DNA of 64,000 nt from Dehalococcoidia bacterium (GCA_965220605.1 CBDCQM010000005.1:93614-157613), one strand, 5' to 3'; positions 47,168-56,681 are shown, numbered from the stretch's first letter. Made by a program: numbers and translations. Notes: a model not told the origin generated them from the sequence alone.

Positions 47168-47952
47168 TGTCGCTTGAGGGCAAGGTCGCGATAGTAACCG
47201 GCGGCAGCCGAGGAATCGGCCGACAGATCTGCCTGGCCTACGGCGAAGCCGGGGCGCAGGTGGTAGTCGCCTCACGCACCACTTCCGATGTCTCCGCCCA
47301 GTCCGAGTGGCCGAGGTATGCCTCCGGCGACATCCGGGACACGGCAAAGGCCATCGCCGAGGCGGGCGGAGAGTCCCTGCCGGTGCAGTGCGATGTGACC
47401 TCAGCAGACGACCTTCGGAACCTGGTAGACGAGACCCTGAAACACTTCGGGCGCATCGACGTAGTGGTCTCCAACGCGGGCATCGACTGCGAGTCGCCGG
47501 TGACCGAGCTGGACGAAGACCTGCTGAACCGCGCTCTAGCCACCAATGTCCGCGGCCCTATCCTGCTCTGCAAGTACGCTCTCCCTGCAATGATCGCCCA
47601 GAAGAGCGGCGGCTCAATCTACTGCATCACCTCCGGCGCCTCCACCGGCTACCGCCCGGGCCGCGTTGGCTACTCCATGACCAAGGCCGCTCTTGACCGC
47701 GCCTACACCAGCCTGGCTGAGGAGGTGCGCGAGCACGACATTGCCGTCAATGTTCTCAGTCCCGGCAAGGTCGACACCTGGATGAACCGTCGCGGCCACT
47801 GGCCCGGCACCGAGCATATCCCCATGGACCAGCCGGAGACCATCCGCGACGCCGCCCTCTGGCTGGCCGGAATCAAGGCTGCCGACTTCACCGGGCACCG
47901 GGTCGAACGCGCGGAGTTCGGCCATACCTGGGGCCCGGGAATCTCAACCTGA
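47167..47952 (+). CDS. SDR family oxidoreductase
   Basis: VAIVTGGSRGIG...NAG...Y..TKAAL. The ATGA overlaps the DUF35 stop. Confidence 0.85.
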   Translation: MSLEGKVAIVTGGSRGIGRQICLAYGEAGAQVVVASRTTSDVSAQSEWPRYASGDIRDTAKAIAEAGGESLPVQCDVTSADDLRNLVDETLKHFGRIDVVVSNAGIDCESPVTELDEDLLNRALATNVRGPILLCKYALPAMIAQKSGGSIYCITSGASTGYRPGRVGYSMTKAALDRAYTSLAEEVREHDIAVNVLSPGKVDTWMNRRGHWPGTEHIPMDQPETIRDAALWLAGIKAADFTGHRVERAEFGHTWGPGIST

Positions 47953-47975
47953 ACACCTTCCCGAAGAGACCAGGT

Positions 47976-48000
47976 GTAGGGGCGCACAGCTGTGCGCCCT
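47976..48000. repeat. REP-like family 2 copy
   Basis: gtaggggcgcacag|ctgtgcgccct, a 10+10 palindrome after the SDR stop. Confidence 0.7.
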
Positions 48001-48050
48001 TCCTGTTAATCCGCAGCAATCCCAATCCTGCAACCTGAAGGAGTACTACC

Positions 48051-48365
48051 ATGACCACCGCACGCAGCATCATCGCCGAGGTCTCTCCCAAGCTGGCGGA
48101 ACTGAGCGCCGAAGTCCTGTTCGGAGATGTCTGGGAGCGCCCGGGCCTGTCCAAGCGCGACCGCAGCCTCATCACCGTCGCCAGCCTCATCGCCCTCTAC
48201 CGCACCGACCAGCTTCGCGGCCACATCGGCCGCGCCCTGGACAACGGCGTGACCCGGGACGAGATATCCGAGATAATCTGCCACATGGCCTTCTACGGCG
48301 GCTGGCCCGTTTCGGCCAACGCCGCCCGCGTCGCCAAGGAAGTCTTCGACGAGCGCGGCATCTAG
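48051..48365 (+). CDS. carboxymuconolactone decarboxylase (AhpD-like) family protein
   Basis: FGDVWERPGLSKRDRSLITVA.L.A......L..H......NG.T..EI.E...H.A.Y.G.P. Confidence 0.8.
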   Translation: MTTARSIIAEVSPKLAELSAEVLFGDVWERPGLSKRDRSLITVASLIALYRTDQLRGHIGRALDNGVTRDEISEIICHMAFYGGWPVSANAARVAKEVFDERGI

Positions 48366-48455
48366 CCCCAGTGGTGGTAAACTGAGAAACAAGTAGCGGC
48401 GGGAAGAAATCCAACCGCCGCACCTGAACTTCTCTTTCACGTTGGGAGCATTTCC

Positions 48456-48818
48456 ATGGGAGCCGTTTACATAGATATCGCCGTAGGGCACCCGTCGGGC
48501 GGCGACCTTACCCCGGTTCGCAACGTCCTAGTCGACACCGGGGCAGCCAACACCATACTCCCCGAGTCTCTGATGACCAGGCTCCATATTGAGCCACTGG
48601 AATTTGACCAGTGGGAATTCGCCGATGGAAGCGTTCATGAGTTGGGATTTGCCATGGCCAGAATCTCAATCGACGAGCGGACTTTCCACTGTCCAGTCAT
48701 AATCGGGCCTGAAGAGCAGTATCTGGTAGGGGCCACAACCTTGGAGACCTTCAGGTTAATGGTCGATCCCGTGGGTCAAGAGTTGGTACCCAGAACGTTC
48801 CGGTCGCGCGCAATCTAA
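48456..48818 (+). CDS. retropepsin-like (clan AA) single-domain aspartic protease (paralogue of 22580..22939)
   Basis: VRNVLVDTGAANTILP (D-T-G-A); 120 aa. Confidence 0.65.
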   Translation: MGAVYIDIAVGHPSGGDLTPVRNVLVDTGAANTILPESLMTRLHIEPLEFDQWEFADGSVHELGFAMARISIDERTFHCPVIIGPEEQYLVGATTLETFRLMVDPVGQELVPRTFRSRAI

Positions 48819-48955
48819 GATCTACTCGAATCTGCCGCAATTGAACCCGGCCATAGCTTGGCCGGGTCTTTTTGTGCGCCGCCGTGGGCTTGGGTATAAT
48901 CCCGGCACAATTCCCCCTCGTTCGCAGTAGAGGGGCCAGTTAGGGAGAAATACCT

Positions 48956-50632
48956 ATGCCGAGAATGACCGGCGCAAAATTCATGGCCGACACCCTCAAG
49001 GCCTACGGCGTGACCCATGTGTTCCTCGTACCCGCCATCCTCCGCCGCGCCCTCGCTGAGATGGACCTCATCGGTATCAAGCGCGTGATCACCCACGGCG
49101 AGAAGGCCGCAGCCTACATGGCCGACGGCTACGCCCGCGCCTCCGGCAAGCCCGGCGTCTGCATGGCCCAGTCCGTCGGCGCCGCCAACCTTGCCGCCGG
49201 CCTGCAGGACGCCTACCTCGGCCTCTCGCCGGTCATCGCGCTGACGGGCCACAAGCGCAGCGACGAGCAGTACAAGAACGCCTACCAGGAGATCGAGCAC
49301 TCCAAGCCGTTTGCATCGGTCACCAAGTTCAGCGCAGTCGTCGACAATGCCGAGCAGCTGCCCCACCTGTTGCGCCAAGCCTTTAGGGAGGCCACCACCG
49401 GCGCGCCTGCGCCCGTCCATCTTGACATCCAGGGCATGAGCGGGGATTTCGCTACCGAGGCCGAGGCCGACCTAGAGGTGATGTTCGAGGCCACCTTCGC
49501 CCAGCGCCCAGCCTTCCGCCCCGAAGCCGATCCCGAGAGCGTCCGCGCAGCGGCCCGCGCCCTTACCTCGGCCCAGCGGCCTGTCATCGTGGCCGGCGGC
49601 GGCGTCACTTCCTCCGGCGCCCAGCAGGAGGTCGTGGAGCTGGCTGAGATGCTTCAGATACCTGTGGCAACTTCCCTGAACGCCAAGGGCGCCATCACCG
49701 ACAATCACCCGCTGTCCGTCGGAGTCGTCGGCTCCTACTCCCGCTGGTGCGCCAACCGTGTGGTCAGCGAGGCCGACCTGGTCTTCTACATCGGCAGCCA
49801 CACCGGCAGCCAGGTCACCAACGAATGGCGCGTCCCCTCACCCGGAACGCCCGTGATACAGTTGGACATCGACCCCCGCGAGCTGGGGCGCACCTATCCG
49901 GCGGAAGTGGCGATGCACGGCGACGCCAAAGCCACGCTACGGCGCATGATCGAGGCCCTCGAACCCATCGGCGGCCGCGCCGACTGGACCGGCCGCGCCC
50001 AGCAACTGGTGCAGGAATGGCGCGACGACGTGGCCCCCCGGGCCAACTCCGAGGCCATCCCGATCATCCCCGAGCGCCTCTGCAACGAGATCACCCAGTT
50101 CCTGCCCTCGGACGCCATGCTGGTCGCCGACACGGGACACGCCGGCATCTGGACCGGGAGCATGATCGACTTCAACCACCCGACCCAGGAATACATCCGC
50201 TGCGCCGGCTCCCTCGGCTGGGGCCTGTCGGCGGCGATGGGCGCCAAGTGCGCCCTCCCGGACCGCCCCGTGCTGTGCTTCAGCGGCGACGGCGGGTTCT
50301 GGTACCACATCGCCGAGCTGGAAACGGCGGTACGCAACAACATCAACGTCGTCACCGTCATCAACAACAACAGCGCGCTCAGCCAGGACCAGCGCGGCGA
50401 CGAGCGGGCCTACGCGGGCATGGAGGGCGGCCACCCCGAGGAGTTGTGGAGCTTCACCGACACCAACTTCGCCCGCGTCGCCGAGTCCATCGGCTGCTTC
50501 GGCATCCGCGTCGAGCATCCCGGCGACATCCAGAGCGCCCTCGAGCAAGCGTTTGCGTCGGGGCGGCCCGCCGTCGTCGACGTAGTGACCGATCCCCTCG
50601 ACAGCCTCGCCCCGGTGCCGTGGAGCCCGTAG
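48956..50632 (+). CDS. thiamine-pyrophosphate-dependent enzyme (acetolactate synthase large-subunit-like)
   Basis: TPP motif GDGGFWYH...NN; GSLGWGLSAAMGAK. Confidence 0.85.
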   Translation: MPRMTGAKFMADTLKAYGVTHVFLVPAILRRALAEMDLIGIKRVITHGEKAAAYMADGYARASGKPGVCMAQSVGAANLAAGLQDAYLGLSPVIALTGHKRSDEQYKNAYQEIEHSKPFASVTKFSAVVDNAEQLPHLLRQAFREATTGAPAPVHLDIQGMSGDFATEAEADLEVMFEATFAQRPAFRPEADPESVRAAARALTSAQRPVIVAGGGVTSSGAQQEVVELAEMLQIPVATSLNAKGAITDNHPLSVGVVGSYSRWCANRVVSEADLVFYIGSHTGSQVTNEWRVPSPGTPVIQLDIDPRELGRTYPAEVAMHGDAKATLRRMIEALEPIGGRADWTGRAQQLVQEWRDDVAPRANSEAIPIIPERLCNEITQFLPSDAMLVADTGHAGIWTGSMIDFNHPTQEYIRCAGSLGWGLSAAMGAKCALPDRPVLCFSGDGGFWYHIAELETAVRNNINVVTVINNNSALSQDQRGDERAYAGMEGGHPEELWSFTDTNFARVAESIGCFGIRVEHPGDIQSALEQAFASGRPAVVDVVTDPLDSLAPVPWSP

Positions 50633-50657
50633 AGTAGTTCAACGGCCCGACGAAATC

Positions 50658-50683
50658 GTAGGGGCGCACAGCCGTGCGCCCCT
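50658..50683. repeat. REP-like family 2 copy
   Basis: gtaggggcgcac-agcc-gtgcgcccct lies between convergent gene ends. Confidence 0.7.
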
Positions 50684-50716
50684 CTCGCGAAGAATCTACT
50701 CAGTAATATGCCAAGC

Positions 50717-51580
50717 TCATTGGCGACCCACCCGCCCCAAAAACTCCCGCGCCGCGTCGTAGTCGCGCGCGCCGCCCCGGCGGATCGGCGGCACAAGGTA
50801 CACATTGTGCAGGCCGGCCCCCTGGAACCTGCCGTACAGCTCCAGGGCAATCTCGACGCCTGAACGGCCCGCCTCCAGCTCGGCCCGCACACCGTCCGGG
50901 ACGCTGCTGAACAGTACGCCGTCCTGCTCCAAAATCTGCAACCCCCAGAACACGGGCAGCGACAGCGCCTCGCCGCTCTGGCGCTCACAGCTTTCCCGGA
51001 ACCGGCGCGCGTCGTCGGGATCGAAGATCGGCTGGGACATTAAGAAATCTGCTCCGGCCTCCACCTTCCGCAAGGCCAGACCTGCTTCCTCCTCCAAGTC
51101 TCGTCCCAGGTCGAAAGTAGCGCCGACGCAGAAGTTGGTCGGCTCACACAAGTTGGAGCCGCGAAAATCCACGCCCTCGCTCATGGAGCGTATGGCCGCG
51201 ATGAGCTCGGTGGGGCGGTAGCCGTTCACCGACAGCAGGGCCCTGTCCCGGTCGTTGAACTGGTCACCCTGCACCACCACCAGGTTCTCCAGTCCCAGCA
51301 TCTGCGCACCCAGCAGCAGCGACTGCAACGCCAGCCGGTTCATGTCCCTGGTGGCAATAGTGAAGACCGTCTCCTTGCCTGTTTCGCGGCGGATGGCGGC
51401 TGCCATCATCGCTGAGTTCGCGCGCACTGCCCTGCCGGGGTTGTAGGCTACGGAGATGAAGTCGGCGGGAATATCCGCGCGCCGCACCTCGCTGAGGCTG
51501 CCGGAGCGCGGAGGAGAGAAGTCGCAGATGAAACCGGGCCTGCCCGTGGCTTCGTAACAGTTATCGACAACCTTGACCAC
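50717..51580 (-). CDS. methylenetetrahydrofolate reductase-like protein
   Basis: An MTHFR-like TIM-barrel pattern (DF.SVAYNPG....ATRD.N...LQS.LLGA...G..N.L...GD). Confidence 0.65.
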   Translation of the reverse strand: MVKVVDNCYEATGRPGFICDFSPPRSGSLSEVRRADIPADFISVAYNPGRAVRANSAMMAAAIRRETGKETVFTIATRDMNRLALQSLLLGAQMLGLENLVVVQGDQFNDRDRALLSVNGYRPTELIAAIRSMSEGVDFRGSNLCEPTNFCVGATFDLGRDLEEEAGLALRKVEAGADFLMSQPIFDPDDARRFRESCERQSGEALSLPVFWGLQILEQDGVLFSSVPDGVRAELEAGRSGVEIALELYGRFQGAGLHNVYLVPPIRRGGARDYDAAREFLGRVGRQ

Positions 51581-51604
51581 GTCTTGGCCCTCCCGGTTCC
51601 TGCC

Positions 51605-51646
51605 ATCCCTTCCTCCTTGAGGGGGAGAGTTAGGGTGGGGGTGAAA
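51605..51646 (-). repeat. REP-like family 1 copy
   Basis: The reverse complement reads tttcacccccaccctaactctccccctcaaggaggaagggat. Confidence 0.6.
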
Positions 51647-51726
51647 TCTCCGATTGCACGACTCTAGCCAGGATTGAAGGATTTCCCATCCTGTAAATCC
51701 CTGAATCAGGCAAATGGCAATTCAGA

Positions 51727-52479
51727 CTAGGCGGCAGCCACCTGGTCTCGGTAGCTGCGAAAAAGGTTGATCGACTTTTGCTCGGAAAGGCCCACGAAGT
51801 ACCGGTACCCGATGATGTACTCCATCACGTCACGGGCCAGCATCAGCAGGTTCTCGCGTGGTTCGGAGAGATGGAACAGGCTGTCCACGCCCTCCTCCAG
51901 GCCCACGTACAGCGTGTCCTCCAGCACCATGGCGTCCCGGTGCTCCATGTCATTGCGCCGCATCCAGCGCGAAAACACAAACGGCAGGTCGGTGAGTTGG
52001 TTCCATTCCTCCCCGAGATCGTAACGGTGCCCGTAGCCCCGCATCCCGCGGCGGCGGCGCAGAGCGGCGTCTCCCGATATGACCAGCGCGTCGTGCTCGT
52101 CGGCAGTCTGCACCAATGCAGGAGCGCCCAGCTTGTACTTCTCCGCCAGGAGCACCTGCAACAACTGGACCGTGGTGGGATCGACATCGGCAAGCGCGAC
52201 CCGGCCTCCGTCCAGTTCCTCGATCGGCACCCGGGAGTAGAGCAGGTTACTTCCCGACCGGGCGGCCGAAGCCAGGCAAAATCCGGCGACCGGCGAAGCG
52301 TCGCCGTCCATGCCGAAACTGTCGGTGAGTGGCACCGGGCCGCCGTCTATCTCCCCTTCCCTGATCGCTTCAGCCACCCGGTTCAGGGGGACGTCCACCA
52401 GTTCCAACCCTCGACGCTCCATGTCGATGTAGAACGGCTCGAAACTGAGTTGCAATACCCGGCCGACTCTTACTGCCAT
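51727..52479 (-). CDS. MqnA/MqnD-like menaquinone (futalosine pathway) biosynthesis protein
   Basis: MAVRVGRV..L...PFY... is periplasmic-binding-fold-like. It resembles the VitK2_biosynth family as I recall it. Confidence 0.6.
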   Translation of the reverse strand: MAVRVGRVLQLSFEPFYIDMERRGLELVDVPLNRVAEAIREGEIDGGPVPLTDSFGMDGDASPVAGFCLASAARSGSNLLYSRVPIEELDGGRVALADVDPTTVQLLQVLLAEKYKLGAPALVQTADEHDALVISGDAALRRRRGMRGYGHRYDLGEEWNQLTDLPFVFSRWMRRNDMEHRDAMVLEDTLYVGLEEGVDSLFHLSEPRENLLMLARDVMEYIIGYRYFVGLSEQKSINLFRSYRDQVAAA

Positions 52480-52681
52480 CTGCCTGCACCAACTTGATTT
52501 TTGAAAGTACCGGGTGTGAAAAGGAGTCCTTCACGACAACCCTTCGCACTCGAATCAGCTACGATTTCCAGCCATCGATTGTAGGCAACGCCCAAATGCC
52601 AGTCAAGTTTAAGGATGGCGCCGCCAGCTCGGCGAATTCCGCCCAGACCGGAATGTAGTAAACTCACACAGAGGAACACGC

Positions 52682-54157
52682 ATGACAATTCGACTGCGCT
52701 TCATCGCGATACCGCTGGTCCTGGCCCTGCTTGCCTTGACCGCGTCGTCTCTCGCCCTCGCGGACGAGGGGGATATCGAGGTGGTGGAGGCCACCGCCGT
52801 AAGCCAGTTTCCTGACGGCATCCTCTTCTCAGTGGAGGCCGAGAGCGCGGGTGTAATCGACGAGGTGCGCGTCTTCATTAAGAAGGCCGACCAGTCCGGC
52901 CGCAGCTCCTACCGCAGCATCGAGGTGGAGCCGGGCGAGATGGTGAGCGGCGAGACCCTGCTGCCCGTTACCGGCGGTGGTGGCGACTATTTCCCGCCGG
53001 GGACCAAGATCAGCTACCATTTCGAGATTCGCGACAAGACCGGCGGCGTTGTACGCACCGAAAGGACCGACTTCGTATACGAGGACAGCCGCTTCGAGTG
53101 GCTGACATTGGGCGACGACCTGATCACGGTTTACTACTATGGCGAGTTCGTCGAAGAACGCGCCCGCATCATCCTCGAGGCGGCCAGGGAGACCATGGAC
53201 AACATGGTGAGTGTGCTGGGCATTGCGCCCACCGACCCGCTTCGCATCGTTTCCTACAACAACTACCGCCACATGGTGGTCGCCCTTCCATTCCGCTCAT
53301 CGGCCGTGTCCCAGGACCTTCAGGCCCAGGGGATGGCCTTCAGCGACGAGAGGGTGCTGCTGATCCACGCCTTCGATCCCACAGTCACCGGCACCGTGTC
53401 CCACGAGTTCGTCCACCTCCTCGTCGCTGAGGCCGCCGGCGGCTCTTCAGCCCTCGTGCCCACGTGGCTGAACGAGGGCCTCGCGGAGTACGGCAACATC
53501 GACAAGACCGACGAGTACGACGCCGCGCTGCGTTACGGCATCTACACCCGCCGAATACGGCCCCTCTGGTACCAGCAGACCTTCAGCGGCGAACCGGAAG
53601 ACATCCTCATCGCCTATGGGCAGGGCAAGTCCGTCGTTGAATTCATGGTCCGCCGCTGGGGTGAGGACAGGATAAAAGCCCTCTTCGAAGCGCTGCGGCA
53701 CAGCAGGGACATCGACACCGCCCTGATGCGAGTCTACGGCGTAGACCAGTACGGCATGGACAGCGCCTGGCGCCGCTCGCTGGGCCTCGAACCCCTTCCT
53801 TCTCCCGAGCAACTGCGAAGCCGGGAAGAAGCAGCACAAAGCCAGGCGGCACCCGTCGACGAGGAGAACGTCGAACAGGACGCAGCCACTTCCGAGTCCG
53901 AACAGGAACAGCCTGAGGCAGAATCCACCGACCCTTCTGCCGTCAATGAGTCTGAGGCGGAAGAAGCGGAGTCTCAGCCCCAGGCAACGGTCGCGCCCCA
54001 GGAAGAGGAGCCGGGCGGCTCTTCGTCACCCTGCTCCGCACCGCCTCCGGGCGGCTCCTCAGTCGGACTGGGAATGCTTGGCCTGTTGGCTGCCCCATTC
54101 ACCCTCGCCGGCATCCCCTTCCTGCGAAGGTTCAGGAAGACTGGCCGGGAAGATTAA
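52682..54157 (+). CDS. secreted peptidase MA-family metalloprotease with an acidic linker and a C-terminal TM/basic tail
   Basis: Signal peptide; HEFVH...WLNEGLAEY zinc motif; tail PCSAPPPGGSSVGLGMLGLLAAPFTLAGIPFLRRFRK. Confidence 0.7.
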   Translation: MTIRLRFIAIPLVLALLALTASSLALADEGDIEVVEATAVSQFPDGILFSVEAESAGVIDEVRVFIKKADQSGRSSYRSIEVEPGEMVSGETLLPVTGGGGDYFPPGTKISYHFEIRDKTGGVVRTERTDFVYEDSRFEWLTLGDDLITVYYYGEFVEERARIILEAARETMDNMVSVLGIAPTDPLRIVSYNNYRHMVVALPFRSSAVSQDLQAQGMAFSDERVLLIHAFDPTVTGTVSHEFVHLLVAEAAGGSSALVPTWLNEGLAEYGNIDKTDEYDAALRYGIYTRRIRPLWYQQTFSGEPEDILIAYGQGKSVVEFMVRRWGEDRIKALFEALRHSRDIDTALMRVYGVDQYGMDSAWRRSLGLEPLPSPEQLRSREEAAQSQAAPVDEENVEQDAATSESEQEQPEAESTDPSAVNESEAEEAESQPQATVAPQEEEPGGSSSPCSAPPPGGSSVGLGMLGLLAAPFTLAGIPFLRRFRKTGRED

Positions 54158-54266
54158 GAAACTATCTCAAAACAGGTGAGTTGCTTTCCCGGCGTTCTCT
54201 CCGCACTACCTTTTCACCCCTACCCTCCCCTCCCCCTGAGGGGAAAGGGACTTTTGAGATAGCTTC
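54158..54266 (+). mobile_element. MITE-like element (copy 2, both ends intact) carrying a REP family 1 core
   Basis: The terminal inverted repeats are GAAACTATCTCAAAAC and, on the reverse complement, GAAGCTATCTCAAAAG. It is flanked by TAA on both sides (54155-57 and 54267-69). Confidence 0.65.
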
Positions 54267-55010
54267 TAAGAGCCTGTTGACGATCTCTTCAGGATTAGCA
54301 CCGCGAAGGCGAGAACCACCATTTGCAGACTGGTATTGAGCTCTCTCTCGCAGTTCTTCCAGAGGCGGCGGCACTTATCCAGCCAACCGAAAGACCGTTC
54401 CACCACCCATCGTTTCGGCAGCACCACAAAGGTATGCAGTTCCTTGCGTTTCACTACCTCCACCGAAGCTCCCAACAGGTTCTGCACCGCCGCAGCAAAA
54501 GGCTCTCCGCTGTAACCCCCGTCGACCAACACCTTCTGCACCTGGTTCAGCGTGGCCCGGCTCCGGGAAAACATCGCTAATGCCCCAGCCCGGTCGGTAA
54601 CATCGGCGGTGGTCACATCAATCGCATGGGGCAATCCTTGCGTGTCCACAGCGATATGGCGCTTGACCCCGGACACCTTCTTGCCCGGGTCATAGCCCTT
54701 GCTCCCGGCACTGTCGGTGTTCCTTACGCTCTGGGTGTCCACGATGCAGAAGCTGGTCTGCTCTGTCCGACCATTGTTTTGTCGGGCCGCGCCAACCAAT
54801 TTTTTTTAAGACCTGCTCCAGAATTGACTCTTTCTCCGGGCCGGGACGCTCACTCCATTGGCGGAAATACTTGTAGCAGGTACGCCAGTCGGGAAAGTCC
54901 GCAGGGAGCATCCGCCACTGACACCCGCTCTTCAGAAGGTAGAGCACCCCGCAGAAAACGTCGTACAGATCCACGGTGCGGGGCTTGGTCCGACGGCGGG
55001 CCGATTCCAA
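54266..55010 (-). pseudogene. IS5-family DDE transposase (orfA/orfB), N-terminal 20 codons displaced to 56741..56686
   Basis: orfA LESARRRTKPRTVDLYDVFCGVLYLLKSGCQWRMLP; orfB DDE region ...HIAVDTQGLPHAIDVTTADVTD...LVDGGYSG...VVERSFGWL. The frames join at an A8 run. The fragment MSHSYPSDISREQFARILPF lies on the other side of the nested IS. Confidence 0.8.
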
Positions 55011-55013
55011 AAA

Positions 55014-56681
55014 GAGCCTGTCCCAGAAAACGCCTGTTTCGACCGAAAGGAGTGGTGAGTGCCTTCGGGCGTTGCTAGTAGAGTCGGGTTCGACGGCAGA
55101 TTACGACTTGATGAGTTTTGCGCGTCCGGGAGGGTCTTGGGATCGCACCGAAATCAGGGCACGGGGCCCGATGTGGGACTATGAGGCGCCAGTACGAAGG
55201 TCCCGTCCCGCCATATGCGCCAGAGAGTCCGCAGGTTGAAGGCGATTGCCAAGAGATTCCACTCAGCCGCCACGTTGACCAGGCCCCGCAGCAGGAATCT
55301 TCGGGCTCCCATTTGTTCCTTGGTAATTCCGAACACCGGCTCGACCAGTTGCTTTCTCAGCCGATATACCTCTTTCGCCAGGCTGGTGGACATCCAAGCC
55401 CGGTGCCGGCGCAGCACATCGTCGTGAGGCCCAATCCACAGACTACGGCCACGCTTGGATTTGGTGCATACCCCGTAGGCTGGACACTGCTGGCAGACGC
55501 CTGCGGAAGCGCGGTACTTCCTCATTGGCACTCCTCTTTTGTCTTCGCTGATGCCGATGAAGTGGAGCGTCTGTCCCTGGGGACATTCAAAGCTGTCGCT
55601 GGGTTCATCATAGGTGAACTGATCTTTGTGATAGGGACTTCTGAGGAACCGTTCCCGCGACTCCGGCACCACCACCTGCTGGCCACGATCCGCGCAATCG
55701 GCCAAGTCGCTCCCGGAAAAATACCCAGCATCGGCCAGCGTCATGGGTGTTCTGGTTCCCGTAGCCTCCTCAGCGCGCTCCATCATCGGCACCAACTGAT
55801 AGTTGTCATTGGGCACAGACACCACGTGCGCGGCGGTGATCAACATGCCCGTGGGTTCCCCGTCCTGCTCCACTGGAGATACCATGGCCTGGGCGTTGTA
55901 GGCCGGCACGACGCCGTAGCTGGCCTTCATCAGCCGGGCGTCCTGGTCCGTAAGATTGATGCGCCTGGGCTTCTTTGCACCGGCCAACTCGTCCATCGCC
56001 TGCCGCAGGCGCTCTCTCAGCGCTTCCTTGTCGGCCAGTTCTTCAGGCAGATTGACGGCGCTGGCGTCTTCTCCACCTTCGTTCTGGGCTTCCAGATCGG
56101 CTATCGCCCGGTCCACCCGGTCTAACAACTGGGCCAGTCTCTCCCCGTCGTAGCTGCGGTGCACCGACGCGCTGGCGGCCATCTTGGTGCCATCCACCGC
56201 CTGCACCGCCAGGTCCACCAGCTTCATCGCCACCGCCGTCCGCACCGTGCGCTTGAACAAGCTCCGCATTTCCTGGCGATGGGCCTTGTAGAACCGCCAG
56301 AGGGTGTTGTGGTCCGGATGCTGCCATCCTGTCAGCCACAGGTACGGAATCTGGTCTCGACAGGCCGCCTCCAACTTGCGGCAGGAGCGCACTCCCGTCA
56401 TGAACCCGTAAAGCCACACGCAGAGCAGGGACCTGGGATGGTAGGCCGGGGCTCCCAGCGGGTCCCCGTCTATTTCCACACCCAGCTCCGCCCAACCTTC
56501 TCTGCCCAAGGCGTCGACAAACTCGGCGACAAAACGAGCCGGATGGTCCAACGGCAGCAGTTCGTCAAGGGACGGCGGCAACAGCCACATCTGCTCTCGG
56601 TCCATATCCCGAAGTGGCATCTTATCGGCACCTCCGTCAGGCTTGACCACAGTCTACACCCCGACTTTTGAGACAGGCTCA
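55014..56681 (-). mobile_element. IS1182-family insertion sequence nested in the IS5-family orfA
   Basis: The IRs are GAGCCTGTCCCAGAAAA (55014-) and, on the reverse complement, GAGCCTGTCTCAAAAG (-56681). The 4-bp direct repeats AAAA lie at 55010-13 and 56682-85. Removing the IS restores ...RILPF|LESARRR. Confidence 0.8.
55154..56620 (-). CDS. IS1182-family transposase (apparently intact)
   Basis: MPLRDMDREQMWLLPPSLDELLPLDHPARFV... is a DUF772-like N-terminus; C-terminal DDE ...LADAGYFSG...; CxxC...C cluster; GGAGG precedes the ATG at 56620. Confidence 0.8.
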   Translation of the reverse strand: MPLRDMDREQMWLLPPSLDELLPLDHPARFVAEFVDALGREGWAELGVEIDGDPLGAPAYHPRSLLCVWLYGFMTGVRSCRKLEAACRDQIPYLWLTGWQHPDHNTLWRFYKAHRQEMRSLFKRTVRTAVAMKLVDLAVQAVDGTKMAASASVHRSYDGERLAQLLDRVDRAIADLEAQNEGGEDASAVNLPEELADKEALRERLRQAMDELAGAKKPRRINLTDQDARLMKASYGVVPAYNAQAMVSPVEQDGEPTGMLITAAHVVSVPNDNYQLVPMMERAEEATGTRTPMTLADAGYFSGSDLADCADRGQQVVVPESRERFLRSPYHKDQFTYDEPSDSFECPQGQTLHFIGISEDKRGVPMRKYRASAGVCQQCPAYGVCTKSKRGRSLWIGPHDDVLRRHRAWMSTSLAKEVYRLRKQLVEPVFGITKEQMGARRFLLRGLVNVAAEWNLLAIAFNLRTLWRIWRDGTFVLAPHSPTSGPVP

